The notes under the pieces: model-generated
Database searches by the model: none
Told to the model about the DNA's origin: nothing
The model's input: only the letters and a program-made list of their open reading frames with translations
Made by a program: the position numbers and the translations under genes
Source: Rhodospirillales bacterium
Lineage (GTDB): Bacteria > Pseudomonadota > Alphaproteobacteria > Bin95
Length of the DNA stretch: 64,000 bases
Assembly (NCBI GenBank): GCA_038143065.1
Contig: JAYQLI010000038.1
Location: forward strand, 1 to 64,000
Reading direction: 5' to 3'
Shown here: piece by piece, positions 12,305 to 25,874 of the stretch
Layout of the letters: every line of letters starts with the position of its first letter
Position numbering within the stretch: position 1 is the stretch's first letter

Positions 12305-13117
12305 TTATTCATGAATTCCATCACCACAAAATGCTCCTCCCTGATATCGTGAATTTACGTCATCTTTAGGTGTGGCGGTGGCATCGCTGCATCGATTTTC
12401 GCTCGGAAGACTTCCGCGTTATCTTTTGGGTTCCATCCGAGATATCCTACTTCACGATTATCCCACCAACTGGCCGAATTCGCGGACGCGCCATAGATGA
12501 TCGGACAGCCTAATCGCCGGAACAAGAAATATACGTTCGACTATTACCACAAGGTCATCGCGCCTCATCCAGTTGACAACATCCTATGGTTTTTCGGTTC
12601 TGGAAAACAGGATCCAATCCGAATGCTGGCGGTTTCAATCCCGAATTTATCATAATACATCGATGCAAGCGCCTCACCAAAAAACCTTTGACACGCCATA
12701 AAGACCATCTGGCCGTGTGGTTGATTTTGCATCCAATCGGAGCAGTTTGTTCTGTGAAATCCAATGGCGTGATTTGAATCCTTGCGAAAATGATCCGAGG
12801 AGTAATTGGCGATTTCCGTGCTGCTTCGTAAAGATTAAACATTCCATCTAAGTTTGCATTACGAATGACCTCCCAAGGTGGCTTCGGTAGATTGGCCTCC
12901 CATGTGCGCAATTCCGTCACATCCATGGACCACATGGCTTCAACGAGCCTTTTTTATCACCGAGATCGCAATATACGATTTCCCCATGTGCTGCAAAGCG
13001 TCGCCCAATCCTTTTCGAGGCAGAGATACGCAATTGTTCAGCCAGATGTGCTAATCGGGTACGACATACCGATCCTAAACCCCCATTAGCTCCAGTTATT
13101 AAAAGTTTTTTTAACAT
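12305..13117 (-). CDS. udh: Uronate dehydrogenase-like NAD-dependent epimerase/dehydratase (frameshifted)
   Basis: LLITGANGGLG Rossmann motif, ANLDGMFNLYEAARK, RIGSCFPEP; adjacent to kdgD. Confidence 0.75.
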
Positions 13118-13136
13118 ATCTACCTCTTTCTTCAAT

Positions 13137-13960
13137 TTATCTGCAGTGTGTGTGAGAGAAAATTGAGGACTGCACTTCTCATTTCTTTTGTCTCAAAGGT
13201 GTCCAGAATTCTCAGATAAAAATATTTGTAAGTTTTCTGCTTTGTATGATCTTTTAACGGTTCTCAATGCGGCTTGACGTGCTTGTAAGGGTGTGGGGGT
13301 GATCCATGCCACCGTGTGCGATAAATTGTCTGCGCGGAGAGAGCTAGCGCAGCAATATCCCCCATATCACAATATTTAAGCAGACCAGGGACAGTTAAAT
13401 ATGGTCCATGATGTATATGCTTATTTTCTTCGATCATTTGAGCCATATTCGCTAAAATGCACAGTTGCACCAACGCATTTTACTTTGGTCTCTATTGCTG
13501 CGAGCCACATTGATAGCGCCGCCCCCATCGACATACCAAAAGCTGTTATTTTGTGATCAATGACGCAGTTTTGATCGCTTAACCAACCAGTAAGGCACCC
13601 CACAAATCTCCGATCATTTGGCCAAAGAGTGGTTTTCTCTATCCATTCACCTCGCCTAGCCTGTTCTGCTTCGGAACTATGCATTGCTTTTTCGTTCACC
13701 GAAACAGGGCATATCGATGCATAAAACACAAAAACCAGCTTGTTAACAAATCGGTAGCGTATGGTTCATAGAGCCACGTTGCAACCTTTAGGTAAGTTCA
13801 TTTCTACCTAAATCATAATTTCCCTCCATGCGCAGGAGCATATAGCACTGCGGGAAAGGGGCCTATGCCCTCAGGTCTGAGGAATGTATATTCCGTGCGC
13901 ATAGGAGTTTGGTCCATCAATAGCGAGCAATGATAGAAGATCTTTACGAAGCGTTTCCAT
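13137..13960 (-). CDS. Dienelactone hydrolase-like alpha/beta hydrolase (frameshifted)
   Basis: GPFPAVLY-HAHGG and GMSMG nucleophile motif; YLTVPGLLKY. Confidence 0.7.
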
Positions 13961-15135
13961 CATGTGTAGCCTGTCGATCCGTCTGGTCGCATCGGCAGTT
14001 TGCGTTCCCAGTGCACATATTGATCGGTTTGTAAGTAATCTTCATCTATTTCGACACCCCAACCTGCTTTTTCTGGTCTTGGATGCAAATAACCGCTCTT
14101 GGGGATATATGGATCACACACATATGCGCTGGTATTTTCATTGGTAGGTGACGTTAACCCTAAAAATGCGTTAGAACCCGGAAGTCGGTACTCTAAGATT
14201 TTAAAGTTTGTTAGTGCCATACAAAAATGAAAATTTATTGCTGTAGCGAGTGGCCCCATTGGGTTATGAGGTGCTACATTCAAATAGTAAGTTTCCGCAA
14301 TTGTTGCAATTTTTCGCATTTCTGTGACACCACCCACGACGCATATATCAGGTTGAATAATGTCGGCCCCTCTAGCGTTGATGAGTCGTGCAAATTCGAA
14401 TTTTGAATAGAGACTTTCGCCAGTAGCCAGTGGCACCTAAGTTGTGATTTAAGATCCCCCATAATTCTATGTTTTCAGGTCGCATGGGTTCTTCATAAAA
14501 AAGTGGATTTAAGTGTGCCAAAGCGTTTCCTAAATCTCTCGCTTGCCAAGGCTCAAACAATCTTGCATGCGCATCATAAGCAAACTCAAATCCTGGGCAA
14601 AGACTGTGGGACCTCGTTCGCCCATTCTGTTGTCGCAGCGAGTGTCTCGCCCAGGGCACAGCGTGGATATCGGTCCGATAGGGAGACATTTTGAATGCGC
14701 TTAAGCCATATTGTTCATTGGCAGCATCAACTTGCTCTTTTACTTCGTTTGCGTCCGGTGCTGTGTAAAGCCCTAAGTATACTCTAACTTTATCACGCAC
14801 GTTGCCCCCCAACAGCATATAAACTGGAACGTTAAGTGCTTTTGCCGATATGTCCCATAGTGCATGGTCGATTGCAGACATGGCGGCTAAACTTAGTGAA
14901 CCGGGTGGAAATCGCGCATGTTGATAAAGTTTGAGCATAATTCGCTCAATTTGGCGAGGATCTTCGTTTTGGATTTGGCTGAATAAGTATTCTAATATGG
15001 GCTTTAATGCACGATCGTAACCATGGTTATAGCATTCACCCCATCCAGTTAGATTTTCGTCCGTGTCCAAGGCAACTAGCACTCGAGGCCGGTTTCCATC
15101 ACGCGACATGAACATCTAAGCCGAACGATCTTCAT
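13960..15135 (-). CDS. Mandelate racemase/galactonate dehydratase-like enolase-superfamily enzyme
   Basis: GWGE, SAIDHALWDI, FYEEP, ATGE, IIQPD and APHNPMGP motifs. Confidence 0.85.
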
Positions 15136-15139
15136 GTAA

Positions 15140-16031
15140 TTATCCCGCGAATGGAACCTGGGGTATACCTTTGAATTCCCAGGTCGTGAATTGCAAACAG
15201 ACTACCCGCATCCGGCTGTTCTCTTTTGCAGGATCTAACCCCATGCTTAATGAGGTAACGTATAGAATATCGAGATTTTCACCGCCAAACATTGGTTTTG
15301 TTGGTTTTTCGATCGGAACATCTATTGTGAGCAGATAATTCACCTTCAGGCGAAATACGATAAATTTGCCAACCTGACACCCCGGTTTCGCCAGTAGCAA
15401 CCATCAGCGTCTACTGTTCCGCCATCTGGACGGCCCGCTACGTTTTGCGTGTCGAAAAACAATCTTTCATTCGTTGGCGTGCCTGTCTTAACATCATAGT
15501 CATACGACCATATTTTTCGAACCTCAGCATTACTATCTGAGCAATACATTTTGCGACCATCTGGAGAAAAAATGCCATTCCGTTCGTTGTGAAAAAACCG
15601 TCTCTCCATTTCGTAACGCTTAAATCAGGATCTAACCTGTAAAATGCTCCAACTTGCTCTGAAGCGCTCCCATCCTTCATCGTACCTGCCCAAAAACGAC
15701 CTTGCATATCCGTTGCTCCGTCGTTGAACCGATTTTCAGGCATGTGTTCTTCTGGGTCTAGTATTGCGGTTCGAAGACCTGTTTCTGGATCAAACAACCA
15801 GAAACCAGATTTAGCTGCTAAAACCAAGCCACCATTTTTCGCGGAGCAAGGCAGCCTACTTGGTTCATTGAAGTCATAGGTTTCATTTTCTTCATTATTC
15901 GGACAATATTTGTGGATTAGACCGCTGACGATATCGACCCACCATAAACATTTTTGATGAACGTCCCAAAATGCGCCCTCACCAAGTTGAGAATTGGTTT
16001 TTGCCGCAATTTCGATCCGAATGCTCATCAT
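15140..16031 (-). CDS. SMP-30/gluconolactonase family lactonase (frameshifted)
   Basis: LGEGAFWD, RFNDGATD..GRFWAGTM and GRPDGGTVDADGCYW motifs. Confidence 0.88.
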
Positions 16032-16747
16032 TTCCCTTAAAAACGCGTCTCTCAGACCCATCGATGTGCTCTTGCCATAGCTGTACGAGCGGCATCTGGG
16101 TTGTTCTTAGCTATGGCATCGACAATTAGGGTCATGTTCTGAAACCATACGCATGCCGCGTCGATCACCTGATACTTTTAAGCTGCGCAGGAAGTGGCCA
16201 ACAAAATTCCACTGGGGTGTTAACAACTCTATTGTTTTTTAAAAAAGCGGTTGTTTGACAGGTTTGCTAAAGTTGTATGAAAGTTGATATCTGCATTTAT
16301 AGCATCTTCGCCTTTTTAAAAGGTTCTTTTTACCTCATCGGCTGAAGTTAGCACCGAATTTCAGCATATGATGCGTTTTCAGCAGCGTAAGTTGCTGCAG
16401 CGGCTTCTATCACTCTGCGATATTCGAAATAGTTTGAAATATCTTCGATGCTAACCAGTTGTGTGAAGCTGACTTGGTCATTTGGTATGCCTGAATTTAC
16501 ATAAGAACCAGAGCCTTTTCGCGATATTATCAATCCAGAGACTCTTAATTTTGAAAGAGCTGCTCGGACAACAGGTCGTGAAACTTTATGTTCTGCACAC
16601 AAATCGTTTTCACTTGGTAGTTTCTGACCAATTTTAAATGTTCCAAATCGGATCTTATCCAATAAGTCCCTATAAACTTGAATTTCGAGGCGATCATCAG
16701 TCAATTCTGCTTGACCCAAATTTTATCACAGTGGGGTCTTCAAGCAT
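16028..16747 (-). CDS. FadR/GntR family transcriptional regulator
   Basis: KLPSENDL...VSRPVVRAAL..L...G wHTH; FCD-like ADINFH C-terminus. Confidence 0.85.
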
Positions 16748-16860
16748 ACCAAGTTTTCCTTACTTATATTACAGCTTATTAAAAGATGTTTGACAAGTAA
16801 AGAGTCATCGTGTCAGGGTGAGATCACTAAATAGCCAATAAAACAAATGGGAGACATTTG

Positions 16861-18761
16861 ATGAACTTACCTACACGTAAATCCATTTTAGCGTCTTTAG
16901 CTATTGGCGCGCTTATTGCCCCGGTGGTGCCCTTGCTTATCAAGACGCGCCTTCACTTGCTGGTAAAGGTTTGCCCTCTGTGGCAGAGCGTTTACCTGAT
17001 CAACCGGTCATATCGCCATTAGCAGATATAGGTACCTATGGTGGCACAATCCGTCGTTTCCTGTCGGGCTCTAATGATCATAATTCAATTTTTACGTTTT
17101 GTAAGTCCCAGGACTAACTCGTTGGGCGGCTGACTTTAGCCAAGTTGTCCCAAACGTTGCGGAGAGTTGGGAAACTTAATGACGATAGTAGCGAGTTTAC
17201 ATTTCGTCTTCGCAAGGGAATGAAGTGGTCTGATGGTCATCCCTTCACTGCAGACGATATCATGTTCTTCGTAGATGATTTGTTGCAAAATCCAGAATTT
17301 TATCCGTTCGCTCCCGCAAGATTTGTTGTGGGTGGAGATACAATGACAGCAGAGAAATTGATGATTATACCGTCAAGTTGAAATTCTGCGCCATATGGAG
17401 CATTTTTGACTGAGCTAGCTACGCCATTGGCTCAAGAGCCTATCCTATGGGCAAAGCATTATTGTCAGCAGTTCCATCCGAAGTACAACGCTGACGTGCA
17501 GTCGATGATAGATCTGACAGAAGCCGTCGATGATTGGCCAAGTTTATTTCGCCTGAAATGTGGTGAGGTTGAAGCTCCTAACAGGTGGTCAAACGCTGAA
17601 CGCCCTACATTGATCCTTGGGTCGTAACGGGTGACGGTTACCCGCTGGATCAACACAAGTTATGATGGAACGCAATCCATATTTTTGGCAGGTAGATACC
17701 GTTGGCAACCAATTGCCTTTATGTTGATACTTTGCAGTGGGGGTGTTTCGGCAAGATAGTCAGGCGATCTTGCTCGAAGCAATAGCCGGAAATGTTGATA
17801 TGCAAGCTAGACGAATTGCAAAAGTCTTTCAAACTTACCGGTTCTTATGAAACCAAGAGAAAGGCGGATATAAACTCTATGAACGCACTGCGGCAGATTC
17901 CAACGATATGGCATTGCACTTTAACCATACGCACAAGGATCCCGAAATGCGTGAACTAATCCGTAATAAGGATGTACGGATTGCACTATCTCTTGGTATC
18001 GATCGTGAAGAGATAATCGATATCGTTTATCAGGGTGTTGGTGAGCCATGGCAAATTGGGCCGCTTCCGCAGCATGTACTGTATAATGAGCAGCTCGGTC
18101 GACAATATACAGACTATGATCCTAAACGCGCTAACGAGCTGTTAGATGCAGCTGGATACGATAAGAAAAATGGCGACGGCATTAGGCTTTTCCCGAGCGG
18201 CAAGCCCATCATTTTCAATGTTAATTTTCGAGTTGAAACTCCGCAGACAGTGACAACCTTGAAATTATCAAAGAACAATGGACAAAAATTGGGATTGGAT
18301 TGAATGCTACTAGTGTTGAACGGTCCATTTACTACAGCCGTGGTGAGGCAAACGAACATGACTTCATGGTGTAAGCTCCCCGGAGGTTTAGATCCAACTT
18401 TATCACCACGTGATGTTTTGGCTGTGCACCCGCAGGCTAGCTGGTTCGCAATTCCTCCTTGACCCGTTGGTATCTGTCAGGGAAAACCGAGGGAGAAGAA
18501 CCGCCCGCGAGCATGAAGAAACGTCTTGCTCTTTATGATCAGTTCAAGGCCGAGGCAGATCCTGCGAAAGCACTCGATATATTCCGTCAAATTCACCAAA
18601 TTGCTGCGGATGAATTTGAGATATTTGGTATAACGACACGCCCGAGTGCCTTTGGTGTTGTGAATGCCAAATTACGTAATGTACCAGAAGCCATTCCTGG
18701 ATCTTGGATGTACCCTGATCCCGGTCCAACTCTCCCGCAAACTTACTACTACGCTGAGTAA
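16861..18761 (+). CDS. ABC transporter substrate-binding protein, family 5 (frameshifted)
   Basis: LPSVAERLP, FRLRKGMKWSDGHPFTADDI, RIALSLGIDREEI motifs. Confidence 0.85.
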
Positions 18762-18773
18762 GGTTTGAAACTT

Positions 18774-18797
18774 GCTGACCCCATTATTGGGGTCGGC
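18774..18797 (+). terminator. Stem-loop after the SBP gene (mRNA stabiliser/attenuator)
   Basis: GCTGACCCCA-TTAT-TGGGGTCGGC hairpin. Confidence 0.55.
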
Positions 18798-18826
18798 ATC
18801 CTCTATTTGGTGCAGTGGAGTTTTTT

Positions 18827-19813
18827 ATGATCTGGCGATATATACTTAAGCGTGTCTTATGGATGATCCCATTCATGTTTGCGGTTTCCATTGTTGCGTT
18901 TATTTTAATCCAAGCACCTCCAGGAGACTATTTAACCACCTATATAGCTAAATTAGGAGAGTCGAACGAACTGCTAGATCAGGCGTCTGTCGATAATTTA
19001 CGAAAGCGGTTTGGTTTAGATCAGCCATTATATGTCCAATACTTCAAATGGGTTTCTAATCTAGTTCAAGGGGATTTTGGGATGTCATTTGAGTGGCGTC
19101 AACCAGTCTCTGACCTCGTATGGGAGCGCATGGGACTTACTCTATGTTTGAGCTTTGCAACCTTATTATTCACTTGGGCAGTTGCATTCCCTATCGGTGT
19201 TTATTCCGCCGTTTATAAATATTCAATTGGTGATTACATTGCTACTACGATTGGTTTTATCGGACCCGCTACTCCAAATTTTTTACTTGCTCTGGTATTA
19301 ATGTATATTGGGGTCGTTCATTTTGGTACCGATGTTGGGGGGCTTTTTTCTCCTGAATATAAGAATGCTCCATGGTCAGCAGCTAAAGTTTGGAATTTAG
19401 TGGAACATCTTTGGTTGCCTGTGATTGTATTAGGCACGTCTTCGACCGCCAGCCTGATAAGAATTATGCGTGCAAATCTTCTTGACGAGTTGTCAAAGCC
19501 ATATGTTGATACTGCTCGGGCGAAAGGCGTTTCAGAGTTTTGGCTTCTTGTTAAATACCCTGTTCGAGTGGCCCTAAACCCATTTATTTCAACGATTGGA
19601 TGGGTTTTGCCAAATCTAGTTTCTGAGCTGTTGTAACGGCAATCGTTTTAAGCTTCGCCTACAGCGGGTCCACTGATGCTGCAAGCACTCTTATCTCAGG
19701 ATATGTATCTAGCGGGAGCGTTTGTACTTTTGCTGTCGTCCCTTACCGTGGTTGGCATGCTCATTTCTGACATATTGTTAGTGTTACTAGACCCTGAGTC
19801 CGATATGAGTGAT
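18827..19813 (+). CDS. ABC transporter permease (DppB/OppB-like)
   Basis: GLDQPLYVQY...GDFGMS and YVDTARAKG motifs. Confidence 0.88.
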
Positions 19814-20930
19814 ACAAGCGTCTCCGTCTCTGTTAACAATTCCGATCACGTTGCAATAGCCTCTCAGTGGCAGTTGACTTGGTGTGGGTTTTCAAGAAAC
19901 ATCGCCTTGCGATGGCAGGTCTCTTTATAATTTGCTTTCTGTATATTCTTTCAATATTCGCGGAGTTTGTTGCGCCGAGCGACCCCACAAAGCAAAACCG
20001 TCGCGCTGTTTATCACCTGCCGCAAATGATACACTTTTGGGATCGCACGGAGGAAGGTATTTCGATTCGCCCTTACGTATATGAGATGGATCGAAAGCGT
20101 GATCCCAAAAGTTTACGCATTTCCTACGTAAAATCTGGTGATAAGATTTTCTTAAACTGTTTGGAGAAGGCCCAGAATATAAGTTTTGGGGCATATGGGA
20201 CTCTAACATTCATTTATTTGCGACAGAGAATCCAAATGACCATTTCTATATTTTTGGCGCAGATCGTCTAGGTCGAGATATGTTCAGTCGAATACTCTAC
20301 GGAACGAGGACTTCGATGTCTATTGGCTTGGTGGGAGTGGCCATAAGTTTATTGTTGGGCATCACTCTGGGTGGGATTTCAGGATTTTATGGAGGATTTG
20401 CCAGATGCCGTAATTCAGCGGCTTATAGAATTTGTACTATCACTTCCTACTATTCCAATATGGCTCGCTTTAGCCGCCTCACTACCTCCAGACTGGCCGA
20501 TGTATCAGCAATATTTTGTGATTACACTCATCGTGAGTTTAGTAGGCTGGACAGAATTGGGTCGAGTTGTGCGTGGACGCTTCCTGGCAATGAAAAATGA
20601 CGATTTCGTTATCGCCGCCCGCCTAGATGGCGCATCTGAGGGTCGGATCATATACCGTCACATGCTTCCCAGTCTAACAAGCCACATAATCGCCTCACTA
20701 ACTTTGCGATACCGATGATGATTTTAGCAGAAACTGGCCTATCGTTTTTGGGTTTGGGTTTGCAACCCCCGGCAATCTCTTGGGGAGTATTGTTGAAAGA
20801 AGCACAGAATATAGTCACCATTAGTCAAGCACCTTGGTTGTTTATTCCAGGCGGTTTTGTGGTCGTTGCAGTCTTAGCATTTAACTTTAGGGACGGCATG
20901 CGTGATGCCGCTGATCCATATGGCCACTGA
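19805..20930 (+). CDS. ABC transporter permease (DppC/OppC-like, frameshifted)
   Basis: GRDMFSRILYG, DFVIAARLDGA and LSFLGLGLQPP motifs. Confidence 0.85.
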
Positions 20931-22627
20931 AACCCCGATATTAAGTATACAGGATCTAAGCATAGGCTTTAGAATGCGTAGTGGTATATCCAAAGTGCTA
21001 CATGGTGTAAGTTTCGATCTGTTCCGTAATCAGACAACGTGTGTTGTTGGTGAGTCTGGCTCTGGAAAATCTGTCACTGCTAGAGCGATTTTGAATATGG
21101 TGCCTCATCCGGGGGTTATCAGCGCAGGTAGTATACGTTTTGAGCCAGATCCTGATGGTTCTACCGATTTGACGAAACTTGACCCACGCGGCAAATCGAT
21201 CCGTCGGATCCGTGGTGGTCGTATCGGAATGATTTTTCAAGAGCCGATGTCGTCATTATCACCGATCCATACAATAGGCAGTCAAATAATTGAGGCAATC
21301 CGTCTACACAGAGACGTGACAAAAAAAGAGGCTGGGGAGCTTGCCATCGAAGCGCTCTCTCAAGTTGAAATTCCAATCCAACAAAAGCAATCGACAAATA
21401 TGCTTTCGAGTTTTCTGGAGGTATGCGGCAAAGAGCAATGATTGCAATGGCTTTATCTTGTCGTCCAGATATCTTGATCGCAGATGAGCCAACAACCGCG
21501 CTAGATGTCACTATTCAAGCGGAAATATTGACTTGATGCAATCACTCCAAAAAGAATTAAATATGGCAATTTTGTTCATCACACATGATATGGGCGTTGT
21601 GGCGGAGATAGCAGACAATGTTGTAGTGATGGAAAAAGGTCGTGTGGTTGAAACAGGTGCTGTCCAGCAAATTTTTAGTTCCCCAAAACATGAATACACT
21701 GAAAAACTATTGAATGCGGTTAAACGGTTGGAACAGCCAGCAACTAACAAAGTTAGAGTTCCCTTAGATGCTCCAGCATTATTAAATGTACAAAATTTAC
21801 GTTTACACTTTGAGAAAAAAGAGGGTTTCTTCCAACGGGTGACTGACATCACAAAAGCCGTAAACGATGTAAGTTTCGAGCTTAAACAAGGGGAAGCATT
21901 AGGGATTGTTGGTGAAAGTGGATCGGGCAAAACGACTGTAGGCCGTTGTATTTCAAAGGTTTATGTTCCTCAATCTGGTTCAGTGAATTATGCTGGAAAA
22001 GATTTGCTAACGATGCCATCGAAGAGTCTGAGAGATACGCGCAAAGAAATACGGATGATCTTTCAAGATCCGTTTGCTTCACTAAATCCTCGAATGACTG
22101 TTAAGCAAATTATTGCTGAGCCACTGATAGTTAATCAACTTGCAGAAGGTCAAGAGTTAGAAGACCGAGTTTCCATATTGTTGCGAGAAGTTGGTTTAGA
22201 CCCATCAATGATGGAACGTTACCCTCATGCCTTCTCTGGAGGGCAACGTCAAAGGATAGTCATAGCTCGAGCAATTGCGCTCGAACCAAAATTTATAATC
22301 GCAGATGAACCTACTTCTGCATTGGATGTCTCTATAAGAACACAGGTGTTAGATCTTCTTCTTCGTTTACAGGCGGAGCGAGGGCTGAGTTTCATTTTTA
22401 TCAGTCATGACATGTCTGTAATAAGATATTTTTGTGACCGTGTCGCAGTAATGTATCGAGGTGAATTAGTCGAGATTGGGGAGACTGACCAAATTATCAA
22501 TAACCCTAAACATCCCTATACGAAGTCTTTATTGTCTTCGATCCCAATTCCCGACCCGAGTCTGGTGGAACGCGTCAGCGTCATCGTTATTTTGGTGCAG
22601 AATGATGAATTTTGCAGATGGTGTTGA
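20920..22627 (+). CDS. Dual-domain peptide-type ABC ATPase (frameshifted)
   Basis: Two GESGSGK Walker A motifs, FSGGQRQR and ADEPT. Confidence 0.9.
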
Positions 22628-23495
22628 AGAGGCTCTGAGTTATGAAGCTCAATTGTCTAACCCGGTTGAAGCTGCTGAGTTTTGGTCTGCCGCAGGAGAA
22701 TTGGTTGACTATGATGATCTTTCATATTTCGGGGATGCAGGTCAGATTCAACGTTTACGTTTGTATCGAGGTGGGGATGCAGATAGGCCAACCTTAATTT
22801 ACATACATGGTGGTGGTTGGGTCGGAGGTTCCATTGAGCTCCATGATTACTCGGCGCGAGGGTTGGCTCGAGAAGGCAATTGTAACGTCGTAAGTATTTC
22901 AGTATCACGCCGAAGCATAAATTCCCTGCAGGACTTAATGACTGTCTTGGTGGCAACGGCTTGGGTTGAAGCAAATGGAGCGCAGGAAGGAATTAATCCA
23001 TCTTGTATTGTTATTGGGGGAGCTTCGGCTGGCGGAAACCTAGCAGCAGCGGCAGCATTGGCATCAGAACAAGGGCGATACGCAGGTCTTCTGATATTTT
23101 ATGGCGTATTAGCTAATAACTTTGAGACCCGTAGCTATCAAACATATGACAAAGGTCCTGGTCTGACCCGAGCGCGTATGAAAGAACTTTTTGATCTTTA
23201 CTTGACTAGATTTGATCAGGCACAAAACGCTCTTGTTTCGCCGCTTTTAGCTCATGATCTATCAATGCTTCCTCGGGCATATGTGGTGGCAGCCGAACAT
23301 GATGTTTTAGTAGATGAAAACTACAAGTTTGCTGAGGCACTAAAAGCGGCTGGAGTGCCGGTTGGTTCCATCTGGAACCTGGTGTCCCCCATGGTTTTTA
23401 TCAATCGCGGACGCATAGTGCCTTCAGCAAACAGATCCATCTCGGTTGCTGCCAAGTTTTTAGTAAATCTTGCTGAAAAGGAAACTTTAGAATGA
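22602..23495 (+). CDS. HSL-family alpha/beta hydrolase (esterase)
   Basis: HGGGW oxyanion motif, GASAG nucleophile, DVL acid residue. Confidence 0.85.
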   Translation: MMNFADGVEEALSYEAQLSNPVEAAEFWSAAGELVDYDDLSYFGDAGQIQRLRLYRGGDADRPTLIYIHGGGWVGGSIELHDYSARGLAREGNCNVVSISVSRRSINSLQDLMTVLVATAWVEANGAQEGINPSCIVIGGASAGGNLAAAAALASEQGRYAGLLIFYGVLANNFETRSYQTYDKGPGLTRARMKELFDLYLTRFDQAQNALVSPLLAHDLSMLPRAYVVAAEHDVLVDENYKFAEALKAAGVPVGSIWNLVSPMVFINRGRIVPSANRSISVAAKFLVNLAEKETLE

Positions 23496-24638
23496 AAATT
23501 ACGGCCGTTAACGTAAAGACTTTCCACCATAAAACTAATACAGTGCGCGATAGTGACGGACACGGCATCCTGGCCCATCAGGGATACTACTTCTGCAGTT
23601 TTAACCATAGAAACTGATGCTGGAGTTTCTGGTAGTGTGGTTACACGGGTTGCAGACGGAAATGAAGCCATACTCGACCGATTTGTTCGCCCCAACGTTA
23701 TTGGTGAAGATCCGTTATGTACTGAAATGCTCTGGTATAAGATATATAAGTGGCAACGTTTAGGTGGTGGTTTATTGACAGATCGTGTTTTGGCTACGGT
23801 CGACCTGGCACTTTGGGATTTGGAAGGGGAAGGCTGCTAAACTGCCTGTATGGAAACTTTTGGGTGGTTATCGTAGCAAGATATTGGCTTATGGATCGAC
23901 CACGTGCGGCGACGATCTGGAAGGTGGTTTGGCGACACCTGACGACTATGTCAGCTTCGCTGAATGGATGGTAGGAACACGGATATAAAGCTGTTAAACT
24001 TCATGGCTGGATGCCTCCAGTCCCAGGTGCCCGGATGTAAAAAAAGACTATAAAGCCTGTGCCGCTGTACGGAGGCCGTTGGCCCAGATATTCCATTAAT
24101 GCTGGATCCCCACCATTTTTATTCCCGGACTGAGACACTATGGCTTGCAAATAAACTTGCTGAACTTGATTTCCGATGGATGGAAGAGCCGATGGAGGAA
24201 GCATCGATCAGTTCATACAAGTGGCTTACGAAGAACACACCTTTAAATATTCTTGGCCCTGAAACAATGACGGGAAAGCATTGGATACGTGCGGGAGTGG
24301 GTGAAACAGGATGCCTGTGATTTGGATCCGGACAGGGGGTGTTGGGATGTCGGTGGAATCACACCGGCTATGAAAGCAGCCAACATGTCTGAGAGCTTCC
24401 ACATGTCCTGCGAGGTGCATGGAACCGGTGCATCAAACTTATCAGTTGCTTTAGCGGTCCCTAATACCAGTTTTTACGAGAGGGCTTTTGCACCCGTTTA
24501 TAGATTATGAGGTGCCAAAAGAATACCAGAACCGGATTGATGACGAAATGGACGCAGATGGTTACGTCCACGGGCGTGAAGAGCCAGGTTTGGGTCAGGA
24601 TTTAAATTGGGAATATATCGATGCTAACCTCGTCTGAC
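23492..24638 (+). CDS. Mandelate racemase/enolase-superfamily protein (frameshifted)
   Basis: DLALWDL, KLH, WMEEP and CEVHG motifs. Confidence 0.8.
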
Positions 24639-25871
24639 ACTCGTATTGCTGAAGTTCGGGTAACACCGATTGCATTTGCCGACCCACCATTGCTAAACAA
24701 TGCTGGTTGTCATGAGCCATTTGCTCTCCGATCGATAATCGAAGTGGAAACTGAAAGTGGTATTGTTGGTCTCGGCGAAAGTTATGGTTCCAAATCTGTT
24801 TTAGACGCACTCGCTGATTTGGTCTTGAGCCTTCCTGGCTTAGATATAACGGATCTAAATGGTCTTAGGCGTAAAGCACAAAATTGTGTTAATAATCACC
24901 AATCCTTTTACGTTGAGAATGAACGTTTGCTACCTCGTGTGGTTGCTGCAATTGAAGTAGCGATGTGGGATGCATTGGGAAAATCGACAGGGCATAGAGT
25001 TTGTGATCTTTGGGGGACAGGTCCGAAGGTCGGTACCATTTTCTGCATATCTTTTTTATAAATTTGGGCAGCATTTTGGTGATTATTCCACTGATATGCG
25101 TGGGGTGAGGCACTCTCTCCAGATGGACTTGTTGAACAGGCCGGACGTATGAAAGAAATGTACGGCTTTGTGCCATAAAGTTGAAAGCCGGCGTCTTTGA
25201 TCCGAAGAAGAAATTGAAGGATGAGAAGCGTTGAATAAAGCCTTCCCAAATTCACCACTTAGGATCGATCCAAATGGCGGATGGACGGTTGATACAACGC
25301 TACGTTTGCTGCCAAAACTCGATGGTTTGATCGAATATCTCGAAGACCCTACCGTAGGGATCGACGGTAATGCGAAAGTACAAGCAGCCACTGATATCCC
25401 TTTGGCTACAAATATGTATGTAGTTTCTCAGGACATCTGCCCCAGAAACATGTCAGCTGATGCTTTCAGAGTAATCCTGAGCGATCATCATTATTGGGGT
25501 TACAGGCTAGTCGCGAACTTGCACAAATTTGTAAGATTTGGGGGTTGGGTCTGTCGATGCATTCCAATTCTCACTTAGGAATTTCGTTGGCAGCTATGGT
25601 TCATCTAGCTGCAGCCACTTCAAACCTGACCTATGATTGCGATACACATTATCCTTGGCAGACGGATGAGATTATCGAAGGAGGAAAACTACAATTTCGA
25701 AATGGAGCTTTAGAAGTGCCTGAGGGGCCTGGTTTAGGGTGACTCCTAGATCGCGCCGAATTGAAACGTTTGCATCAAAACTATCTCGATTGTGGAATAG
25801 TAAACCGCGATGACGAACGCGAAATGAAAAAACACATACCTGATTGGGAATTTGCGCGACCAAAGTATTGA
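24621..25871 (+). CDS. Glucarate dehydratase family protein (frameshifted)
   Basis: IAFADPPLLN..G.HEP, SAYLFYK, RIDPNGGW, YLEDP and MHSNSHLGIS motifs. Confidence 0.85.
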
Positions 25872-25874
25872 GAG

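Noticed and set aside
16755-16800. FadR operator between the divergent operons
   Set aside because: Only an imperfect inverted repeat (TTACTT...AAGTAA); too weak to call.
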